From the IMG/VR virus record IMGVR_UViG_3300008952_002488, positions 107,927-171,926 of that record: a stretch of DNA of 64,000 bases. One strand, 5' to 3'. Below are positions 56,501 to 64,000 of this stretch, piece after piece. The DNA is from a virus. Numbering within the stretch: position 1 is the stretch's first letter; each line of letters begins with the position of its first letter. A model generated the notes under the pieces. That model did not search any database. It was not told the origin of the DNA and saw only the letters and a list, made by a program, of their open reading frames with translations. Both the position numbers and the translations under genes were made by a program.

Positions 56501-59500
56501 ATCGCATACAATTGCCAGAATATGCTTTGAGTAGTGAGATGGTGACTTTGAAGGATATAGACGACGAAGCTTTCGCCCCTATGATGCGCCCGGAAAGGTT
56601 CTATTATGCAATTGAGAAAAGCATGTATAGAAGCATTTCTCAAAAGATGTTAAATCTTTTTGCCTCTATTGATGACCTTAACAATATGATAGGCGAGCCA
56701 GTAAATCGCTTTCGTCCAAAATATAAATCCATGGAGAAATTGAGGCAAATATTCTTTTCAAAAGTGGGGAATACACCAGACCTAGAGAAATACCTGAAAT
56801 ATTATAAATGGGTAGATTCTGCCCTGGGACACATGTTAGAGCAGTTGTTCCCAGCTAGTGCAAGGTTTGCCCCAGGTGTTCGCACGATGATTGAGAACCA
56901 CCTTCTTGAAAGACCAAAGCTTGAATACAATTTTATGGGTAACAGACAACAGTCTTTACCAGCTTCTGAGGGTGGTAACGGCGCACAAATTATTCCCACA
57001 CCACCACCAGACCAGGCCAGAATCAATCCAGAACTTAGCAACAAGGGTGGTCAACCAATTAAGGCAGTCCGCCAGAAAGGAAAAGGAAGTAATATTTCCA
57101 AAGAAGGACTCATTCAACCTTTTGGGTGGAAGTTCTCTCACGCCCCTCTTCCTTCTTCGCCGCAAAAGGAAAACCAAAATGCTTTCTGGTGGCAATCTAG
57201 AGCCGAAAGAGACAATCCTGTAATTTCCCAATCGAACCCTGGGGTGATGGAATCTAGAGAAGCAATATTTGCTGCGGCACAAAGAAGCTATAACCCAATC
57301 GGTCTTGTTTCGATTAGTGCGTTTGCGCCTCAAATGTCTAAATTAGAAGAAAAAATGAGGGAGAAAGTAAAACAAGTCGGGCTTGCGGAAATAAATTTTG
57401 GTGGACTAGTAGCAGAAAAAGACATAGATGAGGAAATAATTCCAAACGAAATTAAGAAAATAAAAAGAAGCCTTAGCGCATCTCTCCCTGGTTCAGGAGA
57501 CATGCAGGGAGAGAAACTCATTCCGTTCACGCCTGTTAGTTCTACTGTCGATACGGGCTACCAGAAACAACTACAAGACAAAGGGATTACGAATGTAGAT
57601 TTTGCTAACCTACATCATCGTCAAGAAAGTATACAAACCCCATTTACAAAACAACATGTAGGCGGACAACAAGCTCGATCTGTTCCTCCTGCTGCACAAA
57701 AAGTTCCATCTAGAAATGAAAGAAAAGAATCATTTAAGCTAGACTTGGTAACTGGTGGCGGATCATTTAGTACACATAAAACAGATGAAACACCAAAAGG
57801 ACAGTATACAAGAGGTCCTGGCACATCTCGACCTGTAAATATTGAAAATATAAAAACACCTACGGGAACACTGGCTCCTGACGGCGGCGCTTCTGCTATA
57901 GGTAATTATACTAAAACTTATGAGATATATCAAACGCAAGATCGATCAAAGACGAATTTAGATTTTGCTTTGAACACAGAAACCTATTTTAAAAACCCCA
58001 CCTTTACAAGTGGTTCTATGCCCACTCCTTTTGTAACGACGCCCGCTAGAAGAACTTCAGGCGACACAGGTTCCGTAGATTATGATGCCCCAAGGCAACG
58101 ATCCAATGTAAAAGTGAATAAAGCAATTATTGCAGAGAGATTTGCTGCGCCGGGCAGTAAGTTTGATTCAACGCAAATGTTCAGGGACCGCCCGTCCGAC
58201 CAGTTTGCGCCGAACAATGCATTACCATTTAGAAATATTGTTGTGCGGCAAAAACTACAAACACTGCTCAAAAGACATACGGGATGGGGAGGGTTCCAAA
58301 CCGCATCTCTCAATACATTGTTAACTCGTTTTGATTCGATAGACATGCCCTCTTTTAATGAAGGTGTTGTTACTCCGTCGGGAGCATTTCCTGCTGTATA
58401 TGGAGATGATGTTTCTGATGCAACTGCTTCGTTGGTGGCCATACACAAAACACAAAGAAACACGATTTTACGACCAAGGTTAGTTTCTGGAAATTTAAAT
58501 TCTCCTTTGGTGGAGATTATGGCGACGGGCTCTTTGAGAGATAACGCTTATATTACAAGACCTATTCCCGACGGAGACAGAATCGCATGGTTCATGAGAA
58601 TGTCTCACTCTCAAGGGGCTATTGGGGATTGGCCGGGACAAAATTATGCGGATAATTTTCATAAGTTTATACTATCTTCGTCAAGATTCCCAGAAAATAT
58701 TACTCTTCATACTTCTTCTGTTGCAAACGCCGAAAAATGGAAATTATACCCAGGTGGATTTGGTGTGCAATCTAACGGTGTCTTTAGTAACTCAGCGGGA
58801 CAAATACAGTATCTCTGGGAAGTTAATGGTCCCTATGGGTGGGTACCCTGGACTCAAACACGATTTGGGCAATACACCACCTTGGGGAGATATAACGCAA
58901 AACAGAATTATTACATTATAGACGCTCCGACAATAACATATGAAGCCCAAAAGGTTGAGCAAATTGATGGTGACAAGATGCAATCAAAAAGAAGGGGGCA
59001 GGACGTTTCCGACCAATTGAAGGCAAATACCCAATATCAGGATAGAGCACTGACTTTTGCAAATCCTCTTGGCGGTAATAACGTCACGTTTTTCATAGGC
59101 AAAAGATATAAAGAGCCTGCTGTAACTTCTCGATATAAACCCCTGATACATCATATCAAGACTCCAAGAGGGACACCATCAAAAACTGAGAAGGAATTTG
59201 TTGATGTAACTATGAAATATTCTTATGGTAACGAATTGCAAGGATTTGCTAATCGAGGATTAAATGTAGATCTTGGAAACAAGCAATCATTTAAGCTTGG
59301 GCAATTAAAAAGACCCTATGAAATTCTTAGAGATAATTTTGTAGCCAATGTGGACCCATCAGTGGACGGTGTAGAACTCATAAAAATGATGACTTACGAA
59401 GAAACAGTATACCCACGAGAAATATATACATATTCTTCCGCCTCCCGTGCCAGAGAATACTATAGAAATAGCTTTTGGCGCAGCGATATAGAAAACACAG

Positions 59501-62500
59501 GCAGTCTTTTTACTTTAAAACAGGGGGTCACAACTCTTGAGTCACTCATTAGTGATGCGAATATTCAAGATTGGAACCGTGCATGGAACCGCAGAGTAGA
59601 TGATCGACAATTAGAGGGACAAGGATACAGTTCTTCGTTTGGGTATTTTGTTAGAATGGATGAGCAGTTTCCGACTGGATCATTTACATGGAGCAATCAA
59701 GAATCACCAAATGAATCTTGGAAAGTTGCTTCAGGAACTGTGGGATATGCTAAGAAATTTGGAATGTATGTTAATGCTCCAGGGGGAGGACAGCCGTCTT
59801 TCTCCAACTATGGGTCTGCGTCAACATGGCCTTTGGATTCTTTTTATTATGCTCACCCTCACTTGCAGGCGTACCTTACAGGGGTGGCACTATCGGCTGC
59901 CGTAACGTCCCCAACAACCAAGTTGTTGGCTTGTATGGCATCAACGTTACCAGCGGGCGAATTGATGATGCCGCACTATGGAGTTGTCCTCAGTGGGGCG
60001 GGGGACAACACAGGCAGCGCAGGCGATACAAGCACGGGCGGTATCCGTTGGAATACCTCAAGTTTAAATTCTTGTCAATATGTTTATTCTGTACCAACAG
60101 AGGTTCTACGCCAGACCGGCGATGGCGGTAAGAAGAAATTTGTTGCTGAGTTTAATGCTATTGGGGGTCCCATAACACGACCCGCCTGGACGGCTGGAGA
60201 ACAAAGAAGGTTTGTGGACGGACCCAAGAAGGGAGACCTTGCCCCAGCTAGATACCCCTGGTATAATAACTACGAAGACTGGGCACAAGAAGTTCGTTTA
60301 GCCGGAAAAGACCAGACAATCATACCAGAGTTTAGAATAAGCACTTTGATGAATGAATATAAGGATCTTGGTAACTTTACGACGGTTCTTTCTGCGGCTT
60401 TGGATATAACAGGCGCAACAAACGATGTCAATAGTCAAGCTGCATTTAATACAAAAAATAGAGAGTTTTTACCAAGGTATGGGACTTCCGATGTTGCAGA
60501 ATACCTCAAGGTGTTCATGAGTAGGGAGTCAAAAGATTCTCAATTTAATAAAAGCCCAAGGCACCTAGAATTAAAATCAGAAGCAACGCTAAAGCTTTTA
60601 CCCTACGAGGGTTTTTACCCTGTGTTGAGAACTTTAGAGTTAGCGACTCAATTTTCTAAATCATATGCAGAATATGCAACATTCACTGGCGAACCTAATG
60701 AATTCTATCCCCGAAAAGCGGCAGATGAATGGCAAGATACTGTTGGTGGAGCACCTTATACTACCACTGGTTCATACCGTATGGCATCCGCTCAGTTTAG
60801 AGCACTGTCGAGACCCTTCTTCGCCCCAGGTATTGTCTATAACTCAATAAAATCTGGCTTGGGTGTTTCCTACCCAATTTTGAGAAAAAATGCAGTTGAA
60901 GATTTTCGCTGGGGCACAATTGAGCACCCGACCGGAGGACCTCTTAGTGGTGCGGTTAGTGCTTACTATGCTCCCGCTGTAGGCGGTATGACGGCTACAG
61001 CAACAGGTTCCACCAACGCAGCGATTACCATTCCTGGCGGACGAAGAAGAAGGAATGAAGGTGGCGCAGCCAACTTTGAGTTTTTCGACGATACGCTAGC
61101 TTTCGGTGCCTCTGAAACAAGGTTAACCGCCGGACCAGCTAATTTCTTTTATTCGGACACTGTTCCATTTGAGGGTATATTTAATCCCATAGATTATATC
61201 GGCGACCAAGTAAGACCTATTATCCTGGGCGATCACAACCCTATCCTTTTTGGTATAGTAACCGGGTCTGTAAATACGTCAGCTTCGATTGAGACAACAT
61301 CAACAACCGACCCCGAGACCGGCGGGACCACAACAACTACCACCATGAAGCTTTATGACGATGAGCTTTATAAGTTGGGTATGTCAAACTTTATGGCAAA
61401 TATTCCGAAGTTCTTCCTAAGACAGCAAGAAGACGGCGGTTTCATGTCCAAGTTTGTGGCAGAAATTCCTGCCAAAGCAAACCCCGACTCTCCAGCCGGC
61501 GCATCCCCAGCGGGACAAACCGAAGCAAGAAAAGTCGCCGTCTCAAAAGAAAAAGCTTACATTATGGAAATTGGATTAAAACAATCTGATAGACACATGA
61601 TGTATAGCAACCCTGCTGCTTTTGGTAATGCTACTGCAACAGGGTCATCTGACTGGAACGAGATGAAAAGTACCAATGTGAAGGGTGTCGGCGCTTATGG
61701 AGTCGGAGCAACTGCAAGTATGGAAAATCTTCCAAGTGATCCAAACATAGTTAAGAGCAGCAGTTTTGCATTGACTGGCGGCTTGAATCCGACCACAGGC
61801 AGAGATATAAGTGGAAATTCAGGATCGAACATCTGGGGACAATCATTTTTCAATACCGCAAGTCAAGGATCCTCTGTGATTATATTCAAGTATAGCGCCG
61901 ACGAAACCACACCATCAAGACTTCAGGGTTTGACTGAAGGTGGAAGTGGTACTTACGAGATTGGATATAAAGAAGCTGACACATTAGCAGCGGTGAGTCA
62001 CCGTATTGGTAGGATTACCGCCTCCATCAACTTAGCGTATGCTAATGGCGATACTGACATATACGCCACTATTGGTTCTGATGACACACTTATTCTTACT
62101 CATGATATTCTGACAAGTGCTTCAAACGGAAATATTATAACAAGAGTCGGCTCCCCCGACGATTCTGTTGGTGTTCCGCAAGGACCGTTCTTTGGCGGTC
62201 AAACAAAACCATTTTATCAAGAAGCTTCTCTTGAATTGGGAACCACAGGAAGCATACCAGCAGGACGCCGTTGGCCATATACTCGTGCTGAATTTGCTCC
62301 ATTTACACCTGCATATTATTATGGACCTGCAATATGTCGAATAACTTATGTGCCGAAAGAAAATAAAGAAGTGTCTCTTGAGGAAATTCTCTCTGGCGAA
62401 GATTTGTATATAGAGTTTGTTAACGAGAACGGGCATTACTATGATTTTGATTCTGGGTCTTTTATGGGCGACGATGGTCGAGTTAAGAGCATTGATGGGA

Positions 62501-64000
62501 TGCCGGCTTATGGTTGGAATCGTGCTTGGCAAAACAGACAGGATATTGATGCGTCAATTGTTATTGACAACTTGTTCCCAACGGATGGAGCAAACATATC
62601 CCCCAGAGACAAAAACAAGTGGGTGATTATGCCCAAGTGGGAATGTCCAATTTTGGATTTTCCGACCAATGCTACAGAAAAACCAGTTGTTGCGGGCGCT
62701 AGCGCAGTTACTCGTGTTTATGACAGATACGACTTTTCTACTTCTACCGGGTCCGGCGATCACGACCCATTCGTAACGGGTATGTGGCACCAATACGGAG
62801 TGATGCCGTCATCTTCAGCCGAAGGTGTCTTTATGTATATCTCGGATGTTTCTGTAGACACCACAGAATTTAGACTTCTCGGGAACCCGACTGGAACTGT
62901 CGCTCACAAGAATGGAACTCCAAGCAGTTTTGCTCAAGGTGTCAACATGACAGGATCTGGCGAGGTAGTTGCTGTGAGAAAAGTTCCTAAGTTTGTGTTT
63001 GATTCTGGTAGGACTGTTGATTCACTAGCTAGATTAGTAGGCTTTAAGGAAGAGGATATCCAGCCGCCTGGAGCTTTCATATCCGAAAGAGCGAGAAAGC
63101 TCGGACAAATTGCGGAAGACAATGAAAAAACAATATCAGAAGCTATCGTGGCGATGCCTTATTATATGGACAAAACCACGCAATCTATGAAGGTTATGAC
63201 TCTAAAAGCCAACCCAAGTGCTTTGGGGCCTAAGCTCAAAGAATTTAGAAAAGCGTTTATAAAATACTCGCTGCCGCCAGCCTTGAAGAAATCTTTAGAA
63301 AATTTGCTACCACCGAATTATCCAAAGGTGCCTTCTTTCATTAACCCTTTCGGTGGAGATGAGTATGATGAAGTACTCCCATCGAAGGAAGAGATCAGTA
63401 TTCCCATTGTATATTTGATGGAGCATAGCGTAGCACTTTCACGTCAAGATTTGGCTGATATATGGCAAGGCATTATGCCAGATATTGCCGCCACCATGAA
63501 GACCAGTGTTTCAGCTATTGATCACTATATGCCCGGTGAAGCAGTCGAGACAAAAAATGGCAAAACAGTATTCCCAGAATTAATTCTCAAGGAATTAGAG
63601 TTGGGTATTCCAAGAAACGGTCACCCACGAGTTGACATGTTGGATATTGCAGCCCTGGGTTCTCAAGATGGCTTTAAGCCCGACATAAAATGGATGGTAT
63701 TTAAAGTCAAAGAGCGTGGGATAGATAAATTTTCAAAACTGATCCTAGAAGAGTTAAACGGTGGTCCTGGGTCCCTGTCTTATAACAGTATATTTGGGTA
63801 TATTTCAGAAGATTTACCACAAGAACAAAAAGAATTCTTAAAGAATAAAAAAGTGGAATATACCAAGCGCCTTTGGTCTAGTGAAAAGCTTGGCGAAGCC
63901 GGAAACACCTATAACTGGCCTTATGATTACTGTTCTCTTATAGAGCTTGGAAAACTGACAATGAAAACAGGCTTCCGCCCAGAACTTGCCCGAGAGATGG
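53506..64000 (+). CDS. Giant (>3,490 aa, 3'-partial) baseplate/tail protein with LamG/concanavalin-like domains
   Basis: ATG overlaps the previous stop (ATGA). No stop seen in frame 1 where spot-checked, and the ORF track lists nothing in this frame, consistent with an ORF running off the window. LamG-like motifs WNHFSF, SLDEFRFWK, YYKFNEG, DYSG. YNWPYDYCSLIEL near the end. Confidence 0.85.
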   Translation, partial: MSIKKLFQQNSTGEVVGKYLAKSAAGTLSGGIESAHHLSESIKRRDAFIPPLDYGNPEEFAKYGSAEKYYENAFNYITNNYPYDGSKYEKEKFYNELNPLEKYILDERYPKSTGFVSLGTAYGTPVSKSSHYYTPGSKTEYIQIKGGPHSGTLFSTKYRQNNLEFGGPSGSTVEFFLSKSAIPGDPGTDTQSPIQVVFDLWNGVRTGSVESDVTNGCFGNLRIELSKSLEDRFLVTMLSGTTGYVTQSIPTTGGVGKYITGSGWNHFSFVFNTSGTTPAIDFYINGACHESNITASGHQAGQISLVTGSMIGNIGALRNPPSGTKDPLEGYGKLSASLDEFRFWKSARTGQQVGRYWFSHVHGGTNTQDANVDLGVYYKFNEGVTGTSSVDNLVLDYSGRISNGTWTGYAAGARNTGSAITQQSLTSSVDSRTEPEDPIVIPSASTMTVRKEELTDLGRQYDYGNSSYILNTLPAWITEEDANSGDELKNVSQVIANYFDTLHAQISQLTKIKDMRYLSGSSTGSINEFPYNDRVLESLGFEAPELFANASLLAQFLKRDEDINFEQDLSSVKNTIYKNLYNNITHIFKSKGNEKAVRNFIRCFGIDEEILHLNMYSSNSDYKLSTNYRADVSNKKYADFTGLIDQSSSAATIYQYPNPDLPESYGIISGSSGSLSLLEFGFTAECEFVFPNKIHVDKLDYTPRQVSTSSLFGWHTPKDILSSSTDTTWWGPHYDSGLQVVAIKSASLMAEVESPIDEVRDAFFKVLDRHNNVLLTSSVFTNVYDNQKWNISLTVAPKDFPFAQNSASLADISEGYDLKFYAVNYDSGIQRNSFYTTASLTYKSGSDIVSSAKRFYVGARRTNFTGSLLTASDVRASSLRYWTDVLPTGTIDLHSREVDSYGRLHPTRNSYLFQTYNPSVYIPQIDTLALNWDFADVTGSDPSGRFNVSDFSSGSLASGSRGSLYQESPQHISYRFHTGRGDFFPTSSAPIRKEFVYTDRIQLPEYALSSEMVTLKDIDDEAFAPMMRPERFYYAIEKSMYRSISQKMLNLFASIDDLNNMIGEPVNRFRPKYKSMEKLRQIFFSKVGNTPDLEKYLKYYKWVDSALGHMLEQLFPASARFAPGVRTMIENHLLERPKLEYNFMGNRQQSLPASEGGNGAQIIPTPPPDQARINPELSNKGGQPIKAVRQKGKGSNISKEGLIQPFGWKFSHAPLPSSPQKENQNAFWWQSRAERDNPVISQSNPGVMESREAIFAAAQRSYNPIGLVSISAFAPQMSKLEEKMREKVKQVGLAEINFGGLVAEKDIDEEIIPNEIKKIKRSLSASLPGSGDMQGEKLIPFTPVSSTVDTGYQKQLQDKGITNVDFANLHHRQESIQTPFTKQHVGGQQARSVPPAAQKVPSRNERKESFKLDLVTGGGSFSTHKTDETPKGQYTRGPGTSRPVNIENIKTPTGTLAPDGGASAIGNYTKTYEIYQTQDRSKTNLDFALNTETYFKNPTFTSGSMPTPFVTTPARRTSGDTGSVDYDAPRQRSNVKVNKAIIAERFAAPGSKFDSTQMFRDRPSDQFAPNNALPFRNIVVRQKLQTLLKRHTGWGGFQTASLNTLLTRFDSIDMPSFNEGVVTPSGAFPAVYGDDVSDATASLVAIHKTQRNTILRPRLVSGNLNSPLVEIMATGSLRDNAYITRPIPDGDRIAWFMRMSHSQGAIGDWPGQNYADNFHKFILSSSRFPENITLHTSSVANAEKWKLYPGGFGVQSNGVFSNSAGQIQYLWEVNGPYGWVPWTQTRFGQYTTLGRYNAKQNYYIIDAPTITYEAQKVEQIDGDKMQSKRRGQDVSDQLKANTQYQDRALTFANPLGGNNVTFFIGKRYKEPAVTSRYKPLIHHIKTPRGTPSKTEKEFVDVTMKYSYGNELQGFANRGLNVDLGNKQSFKLGQLKRPYEILRDNFVANVDPSVDGVELIKMMTYEETVYPREIYTYSSASRAREYYRNSFWRSDIENTGSLFTLKQGVTTLESLISDANIQDWNRAWNRRVDDRQLEGQGYSSSFGYFVRMDEQFPTGSFTWSNQESPNESWKVASGTVGYAKKFGMYVNAPGGGQPSFSNYGSASTWPLDSFYYAHPHLQAYLTGVALSAAVTSPTTKLLACMASTLPAGELMMPHYGVVLSGAGDNTGSAGDTSTGGIRWNTSSLNSCQYVYSVPTEVLRQTGDGGKKKFVAEFNAIGGPITRPAWTAGEQRRFVDGPKKGDLAPARYPWYNNYEDWAQEVRLAGKDQTIIPEFRISTLMNEYKDLGNFTTVLSAALDITGATNDVNSQAAFNTKNREFLPRYGTSDVAEYLKVFMSRESKDSQFNKSPRHLELKSEATLKLLPYEGFYPVLRTLELATQFSKSYAEYATFTGEPNEFYPRKAADEWQDTVGGAPYTTTGSYRMASAQFRALSRPFFAPGIVYNSIKSGLGVSYPILRKNAVEDFRWGTIEHPTGGPLSGAVSAYYAPAVGGMTATATGSTNAAITIPGGRRRRNEGGAANFEFFDDTLAFGASETRLTAGPANFFYSDTVPFEGIFNPIDYIGDQVRPIILGDHNPILFGIVTGSVNTSASIETTSTTDPETGGTTTTTTMKLYDDELYKLGMSNFMANIPKFFLRQQEDGGFMSKFVAEIPAKANPDSPAGASPAGQTEARKVAVSKEKAYIMEIGLKQSDRHMMYSNPAAFGNATATGSSDWNEMKSTNVKGVGAYGVGATASMENLPSDPNIVKSSSFALTGGLNPTTGRDISGNSGSNIWGQSFFNTASQGSSVIIFKYSADETTPSRLQGLTEGGSGTYEIGYKEADTLAAVSHRIGRITASINLAYANGDTDIYATIGSDDTLILTHDILTSASNGNIITRVGSPDDSVGVPQGPFFGGQTKPFYQEASLELGTTGSIPAGRRWPYTRAEFAPFTPAYYYGPAICRITYVPKENKEVSLEEILSGEDLYIEFVNENGHYYDFDSGSFMGDDGRVKSIDGMPAYGWNRAWQNRQDIDASIVIDNLFPTDGANISPRDKNKWVIMPKWECPILDFPTNATEKPVVAGASAVTRVYDRYDFSTSTGSGDHDPFVTGMWHQYGVMPSSSAEGVFMYISDVSVDTTEFRLLGNPTGTVAHKNGTPSSFAQGVNMTGSGEVVAVRKVPKFVFDSGRTVDSLARLVGFKEEDIQPPGAFISERARKLGQIAEDNEKTISEAIVAMPYYMDKTTQSMKVMTLKANPSALGPKLKEFRKAFIKYSLPPALKKSLENLLPPNYPKVPSFINPFGGDEYDEVLPSKEEISIPIVYLMEHSVALSRQDLADIWQGIMPDIAATMKTSVSAIDHYMPGEAVETKNGKTVFPELILKELELGIPRNGHPRVDMLDIAALGSQDGFKPDIKWMVFKVKERGIDKFSKLILEELNGGPGSLSYNSIFGYISEDLPQEQKEFLKNKKVEYTKRLWSSEKLGEAGNTYNWPYDYCSLIELGKLTMKTGFRPELAREM

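Noticed and set aside
53931-63122. Many short ORFs listed in the last 10 kb, suggesting a gene-poor or degraded region
   Set aside because: All lie in other frames or on the other strand of one continuous frame +1 ORF starting at 53506.
1-64000. Stop-codon reassignment (TAG/TGA recoding seen in some huge phages)
   Set aside because: Full-length conserved enzymes are intact in code 11. TAA, TGA and TAG all end genes at coupled junctions.
1-64000. Diversity-generating retroelement, introns, inteins or IS elements
   Set aside because: No reverse transcriptase, homing endonuclease, Hint or transposase motifs and no TR/VR pair recognised by eye. A self-alignment would be needed to exclude them fully.

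Overview
This 64-kb window is gene-dense, mostly on the + strand, and uses the standard genetic code. It is best read as part of a large (jumbo/huge) myovirus-like bacteriophage rather than a cellular chromosome. Left (1-10 kb): Gly/Ser-rich virion or fibre-like proteins, a J-domain protein, a divergent pair of predicted lipoproteins (Cys-repeat + vWA; trypsin-like protease), and a ligase-fold/HxGH nucleotidyltransferase fusion. At 10.17-10.50 kb is a complete tmRNA (tag ANDDFEMEMAA) with its own sigma70 promoter and terminator, followed by PIN-PhoH, an HExxH protein and a Cas4-like nuclease. Centre (13.4-38.6 kb): a translationally coupled cluster of about 28 glycan-biosynthesis genes. It holds 5-6 glycosyltransferases, NeuB/NeuA, two 4,6-dehydratases, two His-type 3-dehydratases, two different ThDP C-C-forming systems, PanB, HldA/HldC and tailoring enzymes. 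A gp55-like sigma factor lies just after it. Right (40-64 kb): a contractile-tail baseplate module (M15 peptidase-bearing hub, spike, 2275-aa LysM protein, gp25, gp6) and a >3,490-aa LamG protein that is missing from the ORF track. Leading hypothesis for a new system: phage-encoded synthesis of branched or chain-extended sugars and nonulosonates, used to glycosylate virion proteins that are strikingly enriched in [S/T]-G-S. A recurring NNTANTTA(T/C) upstream motif is a candidate late promoter. All functional calls come from motif recognition by eye; no database searches were run.
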